From positions 32,001 through 96,000 of the forward strand of contig CAWJCY010000004.1 of the NCBI GenBank assembly GCA_963841565.1: 64,000 bases of DNA. Reading direction: 5' to 3'. The translations under genes were made by a program, and so were the position numbers. The notes beneath the pieces are model-generated. The model was not told where the DNA came from. It saw only the letters and a program-made list of their open reading frames with translations, and searched no databases. Below, one piece after another: positions 1-11,028 of the stretch. The stretch comes from an uncultured Nitrososphaerales archaeon. GTDB lineage: Archaea > Thermoproteota > Nitrososphaeria > Nitrososphaerales > Nitrososphaeraceae. Position 1 is the stretch's first letter. The number at the start of each line of letters is the position of its first letter.

Positions 1-147
1 CATCTGTATTGAATACCCCAATGGGCATATTTGGAAATGACTCTTTGCAATAGGCGCTAGTTAGGCAAACGTACAATTCAAATCTCCAGAAACCTAAGAT
101 CCCGCTAATAGTGGGCAGTTCTCATTTCTGAATGTTTACCTAATGAC

Positions 148-516
148 CTAGGATTTTTGAGAGAACTCTTCAATATTTTCTAGGCATTGCATCACGAGTT
201 CACGGCTACGATGCATAACCCATGATGCAAATTTGTCAGGAGTGAAAATGTACTGCTGCTGAAAACTTGGCGGAATAAATCCACCGTATACAATTACCTG
301 CACGATGATAAAATCTTTACAGATCGTGGCGATTTCTTCCTCAGCTGATTGCTCGGATTCTTCCATGGTTTTTCTGTACAATTGAATTGGATGGCTTAGT
401 TTTCCAGCAAGTAGCGAGGTTTTTGCAAGTTTATCTCGGAGTCTCTCTACGAGCCATTCATCTAAAGTGACCTGCCCGTTATCAAGAGCAATCTGCTTGT
501 TATTAATCAATGGCAT
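148..516 (-). CDS. hypothetical protein
   Basis: 122-aa ATG ORF co-oriented downstream of ileS; no recognisable motif. Confidence 0.6.
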   Translation of the reverse strand: MPLINNKQIALDNGQVTLDEWLVERLRDKLAKTSLLAGKLSHPIQLYRKTMEESEQSAEEEIATICKDFIIVQVIVYGGFIPPSFQQQYIFTPDKFASWVMHRSRELVMQCLENIEEFSQKS

Positions 517-613
517 CCATCTTTCAGCTTTTTGTATTTAATCTACCACGGTTACTATACTTGACCGAAAGCTAAAATTATTCCTGAATGTCATGCGTAC
601 CCTTACCAAACTA

Positions 614-3600
614 TCATATTGAGATCAGGATTTGCCGTCCATCTAAATCAATCGTTTTATAGCTAACACCGCCTAAGGCGTCCAATGAGAATATAACCTC
701 GTTGACTCTTACCAGGAATTTCAGTTCATCTTTTAGCTGAGAAAGATCCTCAATTTCTGATTCGTTAAGTCTTGCTACATGAGCAACGGGCAAAATGTCA
801 GTTGGATTGCGTCCATGTTCCTTTCTCAGTTGTTGCAAATTCCTAGCCAAATCTCTTAGAAAACCCATCTTAATCAGGTGACTCGATCGCGAGGTCGAAA
901 TAAACACTACTAGACCATCAAGTTCTACACTTGAATAGCCATCTAACGGGAAATACTCTATATCAAGATCATTTTCCTCAAGTTCGATCTTCTCACCTAG
1001 GACATTAACAGTTATCTTGCCTTCTGCATCCAAGGACCGAAGGACCTTGATCTTATCGATCTCCTTAAAACCTTGTATTAGAGGAGTTATCTTGCTCTTA
1101 ACTCTTGGTGCTACACTTCTTGTGGAAATATGCATCTCCACACCGATTGGAGCGCCATTTGCTATTAGTGAATTCAGTTTTGAGGTTTGAGACTTGAAGG
1201 ATGGAATTTCAATGAGTCGACAGTTCTGAGCGTTTATTTGGTTCCTCAAAATCTCCATTAGGACAGGATTATTAAGAAAACGAATATCGTTGGAGAATAT
1301 CAGAACTTCATTGATGGGCCACCTTCGTTTGAGTTTGGCTTTCATTCTAGCCGAGTTCGAAAGTGAAATAACGTTCTTTAGGAAATCAAATCCTGATTCT
1401 ACATTACGATCCGCATAGTCATTGTCTGGCATTGGCCATTTTTCTAACATTACACTTTCATTATCCTTAAAGCACATCAGGTATAGGTACTCTGTCACAA
1501 AAGGAGAAATTGGATGAAGCATGATATCAAGGTTTTTTAGTATATGGTTTAACACAGAGTATACAGATATTCTTCTGTCCCATGATTCTTGATTGTCGTC
1601 CCATAAATCATTTCGGACAATAGGAATGTAGGTTTGACTCAGAAAGTTGATTATGAATTCCTCAAGCAACTTTGCTGCTTCATGAAATCTACATTCATCA
1701 AAAGCTGCCGAAAAATCGGAAATTAGATCTTGAAACTTTGACAGTATCCATACTTCAGAAATTGATAAAAGATTTCTACTTTTTGTCCAATCAAGACTAT
1801 GATTTTTTGGATCGTATTTGTCATACGTACTGTTTTGATAAAAATATATGTGTAGATAGTAGAGTGTGCTAATGATCTGATGGGGTCTGCTCAACATTTC
1901 TCTTACGTCGAAGTTAAGGGATTCAGCAGGGGAAGACTTCCACAAAAAGTAGTATCTAATTATGTCCACCGGATTATTAGTTAGGAACGGTATAGAGTCG
2001 ATTACGTTCCCCAAACTCTTGCTCATCTTGTTACCCTTTTCATCTAACACATGACCTTGAAAGAGGAATGATTGATAAGGAGAAATAGGCGACCCAGATA
2101 GAATTATGTTTTCTAGCAGCATCGTATAAGCCCATCCTCTAGTCTGATCAATTCCTTCAGTAAGGAACTGGACTGGAACTAGTTCGTAATATTCAGAATC
2201 AGTCAGTGAAGCATAAGGAGCACCTCCACTATTGTGCCAGGTATCCAGAACAAATTGCTCCCTCTGCATTATCGCCCCACATAAGTCGCATTTAAGATTA
2301 ATTCTATCCAACTGGGGCCTGTGCAATGGAAATTGTTCTCCGTCTGGCAGACTAATTGCCCTTTCTATGACTTGCTTCCTTGACCACAACAGATCCTTCT
2401 TTTTACAATTTACGCATGACCATATAGGTAGAGGAGTTCCCCACAATCGTTCTCTTGTAATGCACCACGGTACTTTTTCTTTGATAATCTCAATAAACCT
2501 ATTCATAGGAGCGGTGAAAAAATACTTAACACTTTGAGCTGCGTCCAGGGGTTTGGTGCCTAAAGTTTCGGTCATATAGAAATATTCTCGTCTGGATAAC
2601 CATACCAATTTATGATGAGAACGCCAACATGTAGGGTATTGATGCTTTATTCGTCCTGCTTTAACGTAATGACCGGTAGATTTTAATTTCTCAATGACAA
2701 GAGCGTCAGCATCTCTAACAAATAACTGATTGAATACACCTGCGTCCTTTGTAAACATCACCCTATCGTCAATTGGAGCAAATAAAGGAATACCCCGCTT
2801 GGTAGCAATTTGAAAATCCATCTCTCCATTGGCTGGAGCCAAATGGACTATTCCACTCCCAGTCTTGGTATCAACAAAGCTTTCAGCGACAACTAGATGG
2901 ATTTTTCCTGTTTTTGATAACGTTTCCAGTCCAGGTATCATCGCAAGGAAAGGATGCGTGTACCTTTGCCCTTCAAGTTCCTTTCCCAATACAATTTTTA
3001 TTATTTCAAATTCCTGAATATCCAAATAGTCAAACAGCTCTTCTAGTCTTTCTCGCGCCAAGACCCAAACCTCCTGACCTGTTTTGACGTATGCATATTC
3101 TGCTTCAGGATTCACGGCAACTAATTCGTCGGTAACTAGCGTGAAGGGCATTGTTGTCCACACTACTAAAAATACATTCTGGTCTATCAAACTGACCTTG
3201 TAATATAGAGATGGATCTTCCACATTTTCATACCCCTGGTTAACTTCTGCGTTACTAAGTGAAGTTTGACACGAGGGACAATATGGTACTACGCGAAAAC
3301 CTTCCTTCAATATGCCTTGTTCCCATGCCCTTTGGAGATATCGCCACTCCCTTTCTATATATTCATCCTTGTAGGTCCAGTATGCTTGTGAATAGTCAAA
3401 TGACATTCCAAGTAACTCATCGGATTGGATCCATTTCGCATTATATCTGTGAATAAGATCTATGCATGCCTGCACTAGCCTCTCCGCCCCCACTTTTTGT
3501 ATGTTCTCAATCTTGCTACCGGTTAGACCCAGTTCCTTCTCTGCCTGTAGCTCCACTGGCAACCCTTGAGTATCCCAACCGGCCCGGAATACCACCCTGT

Positions 3601-3829
3601 TCTTCTGAAGTGTCTTAATCCTGAACCATGCATCCTTTATAACTCGCCCACGCAAATGGCCTAGATGAGGGTCCCCGTTCATGGTAGGTGGACCTTCAAT
3701 AAAGCCCAAAGGAGGATATTTTTGGACTTCTAATTCTTTTTGGATAAGTTGCAGTAGATTTACTTTTTCCCAATGCTCTTTTACAAATTTTTCTATTGCT
3801 TTGGCGTCGAAAGTAGGAAGCAAATCCAA
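614..3829 (-). CDS. ileS: isoleucine--tRNA ligase
   Basis: Class I aaRS: GPPTMNGDPHLGH (HIGH-like), GWDTQGLPVE, WTTMPFTL editing motif, WCITRERLWGTPLP, EGIDQTRGW, KMSKS. Confidence 0.95.
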   Translation of the reverse strand: MDLLPTFDAKAIEKFVKEHWEKVNLLQLIQKELEVQKYPPLGFIEGPPTMNGDPHLGHLRGRVIKDAWFRIKTLQKNRVVFRAGWDTQGLPVELQAEKELGLTGSKIENIQKVGAERLVQACIDLIHRYNAKWIQSDELLGMSFDYSQAYWTYKDEYIEREWRYLQRAWEQGILKEGFRVVPYCPSCQTSLSNAEVNQGYENVEDPSLYYKVSLIDQNVFLVVWTTMPFTLVTDELVAVNPEAEYAYVKTGQEVWVLARERLEELFDYLDIQEFEIIKIVLGKELEGQRYTHPFLAMIPGLETLSKTGKIHLVVAESFVDTKTGSGIVHLAPANGEMDFQIATKRGIPLFAPIDDRVMFTKDAGVFNQLFVRDADALVIEKLKSTGHYVKAGRIKHQYPTCWRSHHKLVWLSRREYFYMTETLGTKPLDAAQSVKYFFTAPMNRFIEIIKEKVPWCITRERLWGTPLPIWSCVNCKKKDLLWSRKQVIERAISLPDGEQFPLHRPQLDRINLKCDLCGAIMQREQFVLDTWHNSGGAPYASLTDSEYYELVPVQFLTEGIDQTRGWAYTMLLENIILSGSPISPYQSFLFQGHVLDEKGNKMSKSLGNVIDSIPFLTNNPVDIIRYYFLWKSSPAESLNFDVREMLSRPHQIISTLYYLHIYFYQNSTYDKYDPKNHSLDWTKSRNLLSISEVWILSKFQDLISDFSAAFDECRFHEAAKLLEEFIINFLSQTYIPIVRNDLWDDNQESWDRRISVYSVLNHILKNLDIMLHPISPFVTEYLYLMCFKDNESVMLEKWPMPDNDYADRNVESGFDFLKNVISLSNSARMKAKLKRRWPINEVLIFSNDIRFLNNPVLMEILRNQINAQNCRLIEIPSFKSQTSKLNSLIANGAPIGVEMHISTRSVAPRVKSKITPLIQGFKEIDKIKVLRSLDAEGKITVNVLGEKIELEENDLDIEYFPLDGYSSVELDGLVVFISTSRSSHLIKMGFLRDLARNLQQLRKEHGRNPTDILPVAHVARLNESEIEDLSQLKDELKFLVRVNEVIFSLDALGGVSYKTIDLDGRQILISI

Positions 3830-3922
3830 TTCTATGGCTGCAATCTTCCTTTAACCCTCTTTATATTTTTGGCATGTCTTCAATAGAAACATAATAATGT
3901 CTCACAATGATTTGTTCCCAAA

Positions 3923-4459
3923 TTGTCTATTGTAAATAAAATATCGGCAATGATTGAACCTCAAGGAGATATTAACGTAGTTGTTGAAATCCCTAAGGAT
4001 AGCAGGATCAAATACGAGTTAGATCATGAAACAGGAGTTTTGTTTGTAGATAGAAAACTGTACACCTCTATGGTATATCCATTCAACTATGGGTTTTTGC
4101 CTGGAACATTGGAAGAAGATGGAGACCCAGTAGATGTATTGTTGTTAGGTGAGGAAAGCCTATTTCCATTGTCAGTTGTACGTGCTACTCCTCTAGGAGT
4201 GTTGTTAACTGAAGACGAGGAAGGAAAGGATTCCAAGATAATTGCTGTGCCTAGTCCAAAGGTAGATCCAGCCTATTCGAACATGAAACAGATGTCGGAT
4301 ATTCCAACCGGCATATTGGATAAGGTCAAACACTTTTTTGAACATTACAAAGAATTAGAACCAGGAAAGTTTGTAAAAGTGGTTGGCTATGCCAATAATC
4401 AGGTTGCAAGGCAAAAAATAAAGGAGGCGGCTGACAGATACTCAGCCGGGAATCCTTAA
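3923..4459 (+). CDS. ppa: inorganic pyrophosphatase (family I)
   Basis: KYELD, YPFNYG, DGDPVDVL, HFFEHYKELE motifs. Confidence 0.96.
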   Translation: MSIVNKISAMIEPQGDINVVVEIPKDSRIKYELDHETGVLFVDRKLYTSMVYPFNYGFLPGTLEEDGDPVDVLLLGEESLFPLSVVRATPLGVLLTEDEEGKDSKIIAVPSPKVDPAYSNMKQMSDIPTGILDKVKHFFEHYKELEPGKFVKVVGYANNQVARQKIKEAADRYSAGNP

Positions 4460-5718
4460 AGCGCTTTGAATTGATCGCTCCATTTAACGTAAGCTTTGAG
4501 CATTTCTGCACTAACGCTAGGTTTTCGAACCTTAAAGATTTCCTTGAAATCAGCTACACTTATAGACCTCGGGTTTGAACTGGTATCCATAGCCATACCA
4601 CTTTCGAATAGTTCGTTAACAACCCTAAGCTGAGCAGCTTGACAAATGTCCTTTATGTCGCTGGCACTATAGCCCTCGCATAGTTTGGCCAATTCATCTG
4701 GTTTTAACGATTTTTCACGATTAAGAGGGCGTGTATACTGACGAAATAAGTCTACTCTAGATGAAAGAGAAGGAAGTGAAACATTGATACGCTTCTGGAA
4801 CCTTCGAAGAAACCCAGACTCCAACGTCCAAGGCTTGTTTGTTGCTCCGATTATGTATAACTGGGAATCTTTCGACTTGACATTTATACCATCCATTTCA
4901 GTAAGGAATTGATTCTTTACCCGTACTTCTCCACCGATTTCGCTACTTCTGGTTCCAAGTAATGAATCAATCTCATCAATAAACAAAAGAACGGGAACCC
5001 CTTCATTCTCCTGGAGCCGCCTTGCCAGCATAAATAGTTTAGATACGTTTTTCTCTGCTTCTCCCAACCATTTGCTCATCATACTCGCTGCATCGACATT
5101 CAAAAAATATCCATCAATTTCGGCAGCGGCAGCGGCGGCCAGTAAAGTTTTGCCGCAACCAGGTGGACCAAATAAGAGTATCCCTCGAGGCCAGCCTAGC
5201 GGAAATAGGTCAGAACGTTTAGTAGGATAGACAATTGACTCACGTATTGCCCGTTTTGCATCGTCCAGACCAATCACCTCATCCCACTTTACATGCGGCT
5301 TTTCTTTCAGCACAAGGTCGTCGAAATTCGGATCCGAAGATGTGGATGAGTCTGATCCGTTGCCTTGACTTGTGAAATTAGTAGACTGATTCTTAGGTTT
5401 TCTATCATTTCGTAATTCGTTAGTATCATGACCCGTAGAATCCTTTGTTAATGGTGAAATGGTTCTGCTTAGGGTTCTCGAGTTCAGATCTGATGAAAGC
5501 TGGAGCGTACGTATTCGGTTTTGGTATGCATTTGCTCGTTCTCTGTATACTCTATTTAATCTATACTCTGGATATATTTGGACTAACTTCACCAATGCGT
5601 CTATGGCTCTCTGATAGGATTGGATGGCCATTCCTCTCGAACCCTGCGAGTCAAAGCCAATAGCTTCAGCAGCAAATTTGCTAGCAGTATTTTCCAGTTC
5701 CTGTGGAGCAAGACTCAT
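4456..5718 (-). CDS. cdvC: Vps4/CdvC-type AAA ATPase with N-terminal MIT domain (ESCRT cell division)
   Basis: N-terminal MIT-like helices, Walker A GPPGCGKT, SKWLGEAEK, Walker B FIDEID, ATNKPW, RRFQKR. Confidence 0.88.
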   Translation of the reverse strand: MSLAPQELENTASKFAAEAIGFDSQGSRGMAIQSYQRAIDALVKLVQIYPEYRLNRVYRERANAYQNRIRTLQLSSDLNSRTLSRTISPLTKDSTGHDTNELRNDRKPKNQSTNFTSQGNGSDSSTSSDPNFDDLVLKEKPHVKWDEVIGLDDAKRAIRESIVYPTKRSDLFPLGWPRGILLFGPPGCGKTLLAAAAAAEIDGYFLNVDAASMMSKWLGEAEKNVSKLFMLARRLQENEGVPVLLFIDEIDSLLGTRSSEIGGEVRVKNQFLTEMDGINVKSKDSQLYIIGATNKPWTLESGFLRRFQKRINVSLPSLSSRVDLFRQYTRPLNREKSLKPDELAKLCEGYSASDIKDICQAAQLRVVNELFESGMAMDTSSNPRSISVADFKEIFKVRKPSVSAEMLKAYVKWSDQFKAL

Positions 5719-6626
5719 AATAACTATAATCGTTTGGAATTAGTGTGCCACTTTGAATTAATTAGGTGTAAATGGATATTGTGTAATAAACTAAATTAAT
5801 TGAACCTGATTCCAGTTCCCAGAATTTGATATCTAACGTGTACAGCCCTTTTCTAGCGTTTGTGCTGTCTACATTGATACCTAGGATCGACATTAACTTT
5901 GCCTCATGCCCGCAAGAGGATAAATTTTGTATTCGTACCATGGAGCCATCAAGATAGCATTCATCACCATGAAGATTTGCGAACTCCAAAATCTACAAAT
6001 CGGTTGGAGCGTATTGTCAAAATTACACCAGGACAGGTAGATTGGATATCTTTTTCGCCCCCTCCAGTTGCCCATTTGACAACTTCGAATAATAAATACG
6101 ATGACGCGTTAAATCGCAGGGTTGGAAGAACATAATTTATCAGACTAATTACTGTAGTAAATTAAGTCAGTTATGTATAAAAACTGATTCCATCTTGTGA
6201 TCGCATCATCGCAGACTCTAATGACTATTAATTATACTCCCTCAATTCTTATCCTAATTTAAGACCAAATGGAATATTCTTATATGAATTCATACTAGAC
6301 TGACTATAACACCCCACTGTGTGGTCGTATCGTAGTGTTTACTGATGGACTATTTGATATCCTTATATGCACTTTTTTCACATCTTACCATATAAGTGAA
6401 ATGATATGTGTGCATCTTGAGTTTCATTTTTTCTTGCATCATTGTATTCGTGTAAAAAAGTCATTCACAGATTTAGTCCAAGAAATTGGACCTGGTGGAT
6501 ATGCTCTCCTACTACTACTTGACAATAAATATCAGAATACTAATTACCATACTGGCTGTCTATGTCTGATCACAAATATCATCATACGACATTTTAATAA
6601 ACTCAAACCTAGAGAAATGAAAAGTA

Positions 6627-6700
6627 TGGGCCGAAAGGGAGTTGAACCCTCGACCTTTCGATTATCAGTCGAACGCTCCACCAAGCTGAGCTATCGGCCC
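6627..6700 (-). tRNA. tRNA-Ile(GAU)
   Basis: Reverse complement GGGCCGATAGCTCAGCTTGGTGGAGCG TTCGA CT GAT AA TCGAA AGGTC GAGGG TTCAACT CCCTT TCGGCCC A folds as a cloverleaf; no encoded CCA. Confidence 0.96.
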
Positions 6701-6833
6701 ATTATGTGCTATTGATGTTCAAATCCTGCGTTATTTATTCGTGTGGGTTCCCTGAGAAAATAAATTGAACATTTTTTCAGCGACTGATGTAAATGCATTT
6801 AAGTGTATATTCAGTGATATTTTCCATTAGCCA

Positions 6834-7652
6834 ATGCCTAAGGACATAAACAGAGTGGCCATTGCAACAAAGTTGAATAATAAGGAAGCACAGGAGACTG
6901 CTCAAGTTATCGTCAAGATCTTAGGTTCGCACAACATCAGTTCTTATTCAATCTTGCCATTAACGCTTGATGGATCAATTCCAGTATCATATGCAGACTT
7001 AGAAAAAAATAGTATAGATATCGCGATTGCAATCGGCGGTGACGGGACTACATTGCGAGCGTGTAGAGGAATGCCACCCAACACGCCGATCCTACCCATG
7101 AATATCGGCGGAAATAGAGGCATTCTGTCTGAGATAGGCGCAGACATGATAGAAAAATCGATACACGACACTCTCCGCGGCGACTACCTCTTGGAGCGAA
7201 GACTCAGAATTTTTGCAACCGCTAATGGACAACAAACCTTTCCTGCATTGAACGAGATCTTGTGCACAAGAGCGAGTGTCATGAGAACCCCGTACTTCTC
7301 TATAAGTACTTTAGATGATGAAATCAATCAAAGAATGGATGGTGTTGCAGTTTCAACTCCGACCGGTTCTACAGGTCATTGTTATTCTCTCGGTGGTCCG
7401 TTATTGCAAGGGAACCAGGAATCTTTAGTAATTGTTCCAGTAGGATCAATTAATCGGATGCCTAGTATTGTTGTTCCTCTTGAAAATATCGTTATTAAAA
7501 GCAACTATGATACGAACCTAATTATAGATGGACAAGAAATATATCCAATTTATTCAAATCAGAATATTTTGATATCGCGATATCCAATAGATGTAACTTT
7601 TGTACGCTTCAAAAAGAGAGGTCTTAAACAATTGGCAAAGCTGGGCTTTTGA
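6834..7652 (+). CDS. nadK: NAD(+) kinase
   Basis: GGDGT motif, LNE, DGVAVSTPTGSTGHCYSLGGP. Confidence 0.92.
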   Translation: MPKDINRVAIATKLNNKEAQETAQVIVKILGSHNISSYSILPLTLDGSIPVSYADLEKNSIDIAIAIGGDGTTLRACRGMPPNTPILPMNIGGNRGILSEIGADMIEKSIHDTLRGDYLLERRLRIFATANGQQTFPALNEILCTRASVMRTPYFSISTLDDEINQRMDGVAVSTPTGSTGHCYSLGGPLLQGNQESLVIVPVGSINRMPSIVVPLENIVIKSNYDTNLIIDGQEIYPIYSNQNILISRYPIDVTFVRFKKRGLKQLAKLGF

Positions 7653-7921
7653 ATTAAGGGGTAGTATATTCTTGCTCCAATTGTTTTAAACAGTATTGAC
7701 TATGATTCTGACATTACATCGTAATTAATCGAGCCGATGAATCACATTAATTTTGTACTGTTGTTAGTGTCTGGTCATGCACAATTATTTCGAATATTGA
7801 TAGCCATAGGGCACCTGATTATTCAAGCCGATATCATATTCAGATGCTTATACAATTGAAATATTTGTGTGGGCGGCTGACGATAAAGTCTGCGAGGAAT
7901 GGAATTGCCGGGTAGGTAGTA

Positions 7922-8824
7922 CTATTCTTGAATTAAATCTCGTAGCCACATGAGTAAATCAAGTGGACTAGCAGTAACATGATCTGCGTTTTCAAAATCA
8001 ATTGCATTCCTTATTTCACTATTGGTCATCAAACATAAGACGAGGCGAGCTGCAAGCTTGTTGCGAAGCACATGAGCCGCTGAATATAAAAAGCGAAGGG
8101 AACTCTCTACAGATGAACAAATACACAAGATGACGACCCCGGTTTTATTTCCCCATAATCTAGTTACGTAGCGCTGAAAATCGATATCGAAGAACGGATC
8201 AAGTGCACCTTCTACATTGCCAATATATCGTGTATCACAATTCTCCAAGCGAAGTGACAAATCGATAATCTTTGAATGTATAATCGCATCTTCAGAGCCA
8301 CAGACTATTAGCGCAGAAATATCAGGTCTCTTCTCTCCATTGTAGATACTATACTTGACGAAATCCAATATTTCTATTATGACACTTTGAAAGTTAATTC
8401 GCTCTGCCCTGTTGAGTCTTCCCCTGCTGTAAAGTTCGCCTACAGTATTGACTGTCGGTAGGAAGACATCTGTCAGAAGCTTCAGTTTCTCTGCGCCCGA
8501 GTTTATTGCGTTAATTATCAATTTCGACGATAATTCATCGCTGCCGGCCAAAATTGCATTCATAAATCTCTGCTGCAAATCGTTGTAATTGATTGAAGAT
8601 CCAGGATAATTCAATCCGGATTCAAGAAACCAAATATTGACTGTTCCGATTTTCTTCTTTCTAATCAATCCAATCGAATACAATAGGTTCAGATACTTGG
8701 TAATCGTCATTCGATTCATACCAGCCTTATTCGCCAGTTCGACGCCAGACATTCCTGTCATTTGATATTCGAGGATACTGAAGATTTTCCTTTTGACCTC
8801 CTCAAATGTATATCTTCTATACAC
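7922..8824 (-). CDS. HTH transcriptional regulator with C-terminal B12-binding-like (cap + Rossmann) domains
   Basis: N-terminal wHTH (SGVELANKAGMNRMTITKYL); helical cap DVFLPTVNTVGELYSRG; Rossmann-like C-terminus. Confidence 0.6.
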   Translation of the reverse strand: MYRRYTFEEVKRKIFSILEYQMTGMSGVELANKAGMNRMTITKYLNLLYSIGLIRKKKIGTVNIWFLESGLNYPGSSINYNDLQQRFMNAILAGSDELSSKLIINAINSGAEKLKLLTDVFLPTVNTVGELYSRGRLNRAERINFQSVIIEILDFVKYSIYNGEKRPDISALIVCGSEDAIIHSKIIDLSLRLENCDTRYIGNVEGALDPFFDIDFQRYVTRLWGNKTGVVILCICSSVESSLRFLYSAAHVLRNKLAARLVLCLMTNSEIRNAIDFENADHVTASPLDLLMWLRDLIQE

Positions 8825-9380
8825 GATAACTTAACGACCTGCGGATGATAAATCTGTTCTGAGATTAACTGCTACACAAAAAGTTGCCTCTGAGTGAATT
8901 TGCTAGGCCTGGCGTCGCAACTAAAGATGACTGAACCTAGCTGTAAAAAATAAGTGCAGAATCTCCCATATTCTGCGGTCCCTCGCCGTCTTCCTCAACC
9001 TAATGGTCTCTCAAAGCTTGTTCTAGCTCCCATACTAGATAACCAGGAGTCAGCAATTTGCAAATGGGGGGTATCATATAACTTTAGATGTTAATGTCCG
9101 ACTTCGAGCCATTCGCTTTGAGGAGAAAATGTTGAAGCATGTACTACCAACTGGTCACCTAACATTCTATTCAATACTAAACATCATTACATTACCTATG
9201 CAGGCTAAATTTCAACTACGCTATATTATTTTCCAGAACCTAACAATAGTGAAATTATAATTATCGTCGAAAATACCTCATGATTTCTTGAGGATCGGTC
9301 GAATTGCTTCAACTAGCCTGTCTAGGAGATCGTTTGAGACCAAAAAACATAAATCTAGTCATAAATCGCATGCGTTGGTA

Positions 9381-10574
9381 ATGGCCAAGAAAAAAGTTGT
9401 TCTAGCATACTCAGGAGGTCTAGATACATCTGTATGCATAAGGTATTTGCAGAAGTTCCATGATGCTCTAGTTACGACCGTAACAGTGGATTGTGGTCAG
9501 GATGAAGACTTTAATGAAATCGAGAATAGGGCTCTTGAGGTTGGAGCTGCTAAGCATATTCACATCGATTCAACAGAAGAATTTGCAAATGAGTATGTTA
9601 GCCGAGCCATTAAAGCGAATGCGCTCTACCAGGGGAAGTATCCACTGGCGACCGCTTTGGCTCGTCCACTAATAGCCTCAAAATTGGTCGAAGTGGCATC
9701 CAAGGAAGATGCAAAGCTAGTTGCACACGGATGTACTGGTAAAGGGAACGATCAGGTTAGATTTGATATAACTATAAAATCACTTAATTCAGAGCTCAAT
9801 ATACTGGCTCCCATAAGAGACTTGAATTTGACTCGTGATGAAGAGATCAAATTTGCTATGGAGGAAAACATACCCATCTCGTTGGAGGCGAAAAAGTACA
9901 GCATTGATGTTAACTTGTGGGGGAGGGCTATTGAGGGTGGAGAATTGGAGGACGCAAACATAGAACCCCCTGAAAACATATTTCACTTTGTCAAAAACCG
10001 TTCCGGTGAAGCGAGATACGTAGAGATTGAGTTTAGATCGGGCATACCGATAGCATTGGATGGTAATCTGCTTAAGCTACAAGATTTAGTTGTTGAGATG
10101 AATAAGATAGCTGGCTCTCATGGAATAGGCATCGTGGATCTAATCGAGAATCGGATTGTAGGTATCAAATCTCGCGAGGTCTACGAAGCACCAGCTGCTA
10201 TTTCACTCATTGAGTGTCACAAAGATCTTGAAAATTTAGTACTTACTGACCACGAGATCAATTTCAAACGGATAATAGAGGAAAAATGGAGCTGGCTAGT
10301 TTACGCAGGTCTCTGGCTAGAACCTTTGAGAAGAGATTTGGATGAATTCATAAATACAGTTCAATCAAGGGTAAATGGAAAAGTGAGGCTAAAACTTCAA
10401 AATGGTTCTTGTCGAGTCGTAGGAAGGAGCTCAAAAAATGCCATTTACGATCCAGATACAGCTACCTATTCAAGCAGATCAATTTTTGACCAAAGGCTTG
10501 CAAAGGGGTTCATAGAATTATGGGGAAAGCAATCAGTCGTTTCTAACCAGATGTTGTCAAGCATTGAATCTTAA
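9381..10574 (+). CDS. argG: argininosuccinate synthase
   Basis: LAYSGGLDTS, ALARPLIA, HGCTGKGNDQVRF, ENRIVGIKSREVYEAP; ATG at 9381 preferred over the ORF-track TTG at 9288. Confidence 0.96.
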   Translation: MAKKKVVLAYSGGLDTSVCIRYLQKFHDALVTTVTVDCGQDEDFNEIENRALEVGAAKHIHIDSTEEFANEYVSRAIKANALYQGKYPLATALARPLIASKLVEVASKEDAKLVAHGCTGKGNDQVRFDITIKSLNSELNILAPIRDLNLTRDEEIKFAMEENIPISLEAKKYSIDVNLWGRAIEGGELEDANIEPPENIFHFVKNRSGEARYVEIEFRSGIPIALDGNLLKLQDLVVEMNKIAGSHGIGIVDLIENRIVGIKSREVYEAPAAISLIECHKDLENLVLTDHEINFKRIIEEKWSWLVYAGLWLEPLRRDLDEFINTVQSRVNGKVRLKLQNGSCRVVGRSSKNAIYDPDTATYSSRSIFDQRLAKGFIELWGKQSVVSNQMLSSIES

Positions 10575-11028
10575 TCGAACATTGTAGCGTTGTGCATTGT
10601 GACTGAAATTTGGTGATTGATGCGTTAGGCAGAAATTGAGTGCAAATTCATGCTTTGCCAAAAATCAGATTCTGCAGATGAATTTCGAATTGTGATAAAG
10701 TGTTATGCCAAGGGAAACTGAAGATTTTTCTTCATGATTTACTCTAACGGTTTAATTGCATGGTGCTTAGCAACTGAAAGGAAAGACCCGCGCATACGAT
10801 GTTGTTGACTTGAATATACATTTATAGCGCACATATTTAGATAAGTTCAGCCCAAAGTCTCTGCATTGTGACAGTTTGTTGGTTCGACAGAACGGGCAGA
10901 CGATGTATAGGTCTCTGATTTGCTCACGAATAAATGAGGGACTGGGGTGTCAATTATTCCCCCTTAGCACAAGATCGATATAAAAATTCATAAACCGATT
11001 AAAAAGATTATACTGATGAAAATAGTAT

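Noticed and set aside
5762-6135. Short overlapping ORFs upstream of cdvC as cdvA/cdvB
   Set aside because: Too short, no coiled-coil ESCRT-III or PRC-barrel features
6335-6715. 126-aa ORF
   Set aside because: Overlaps tRNA-Ile antisense; atypical composition
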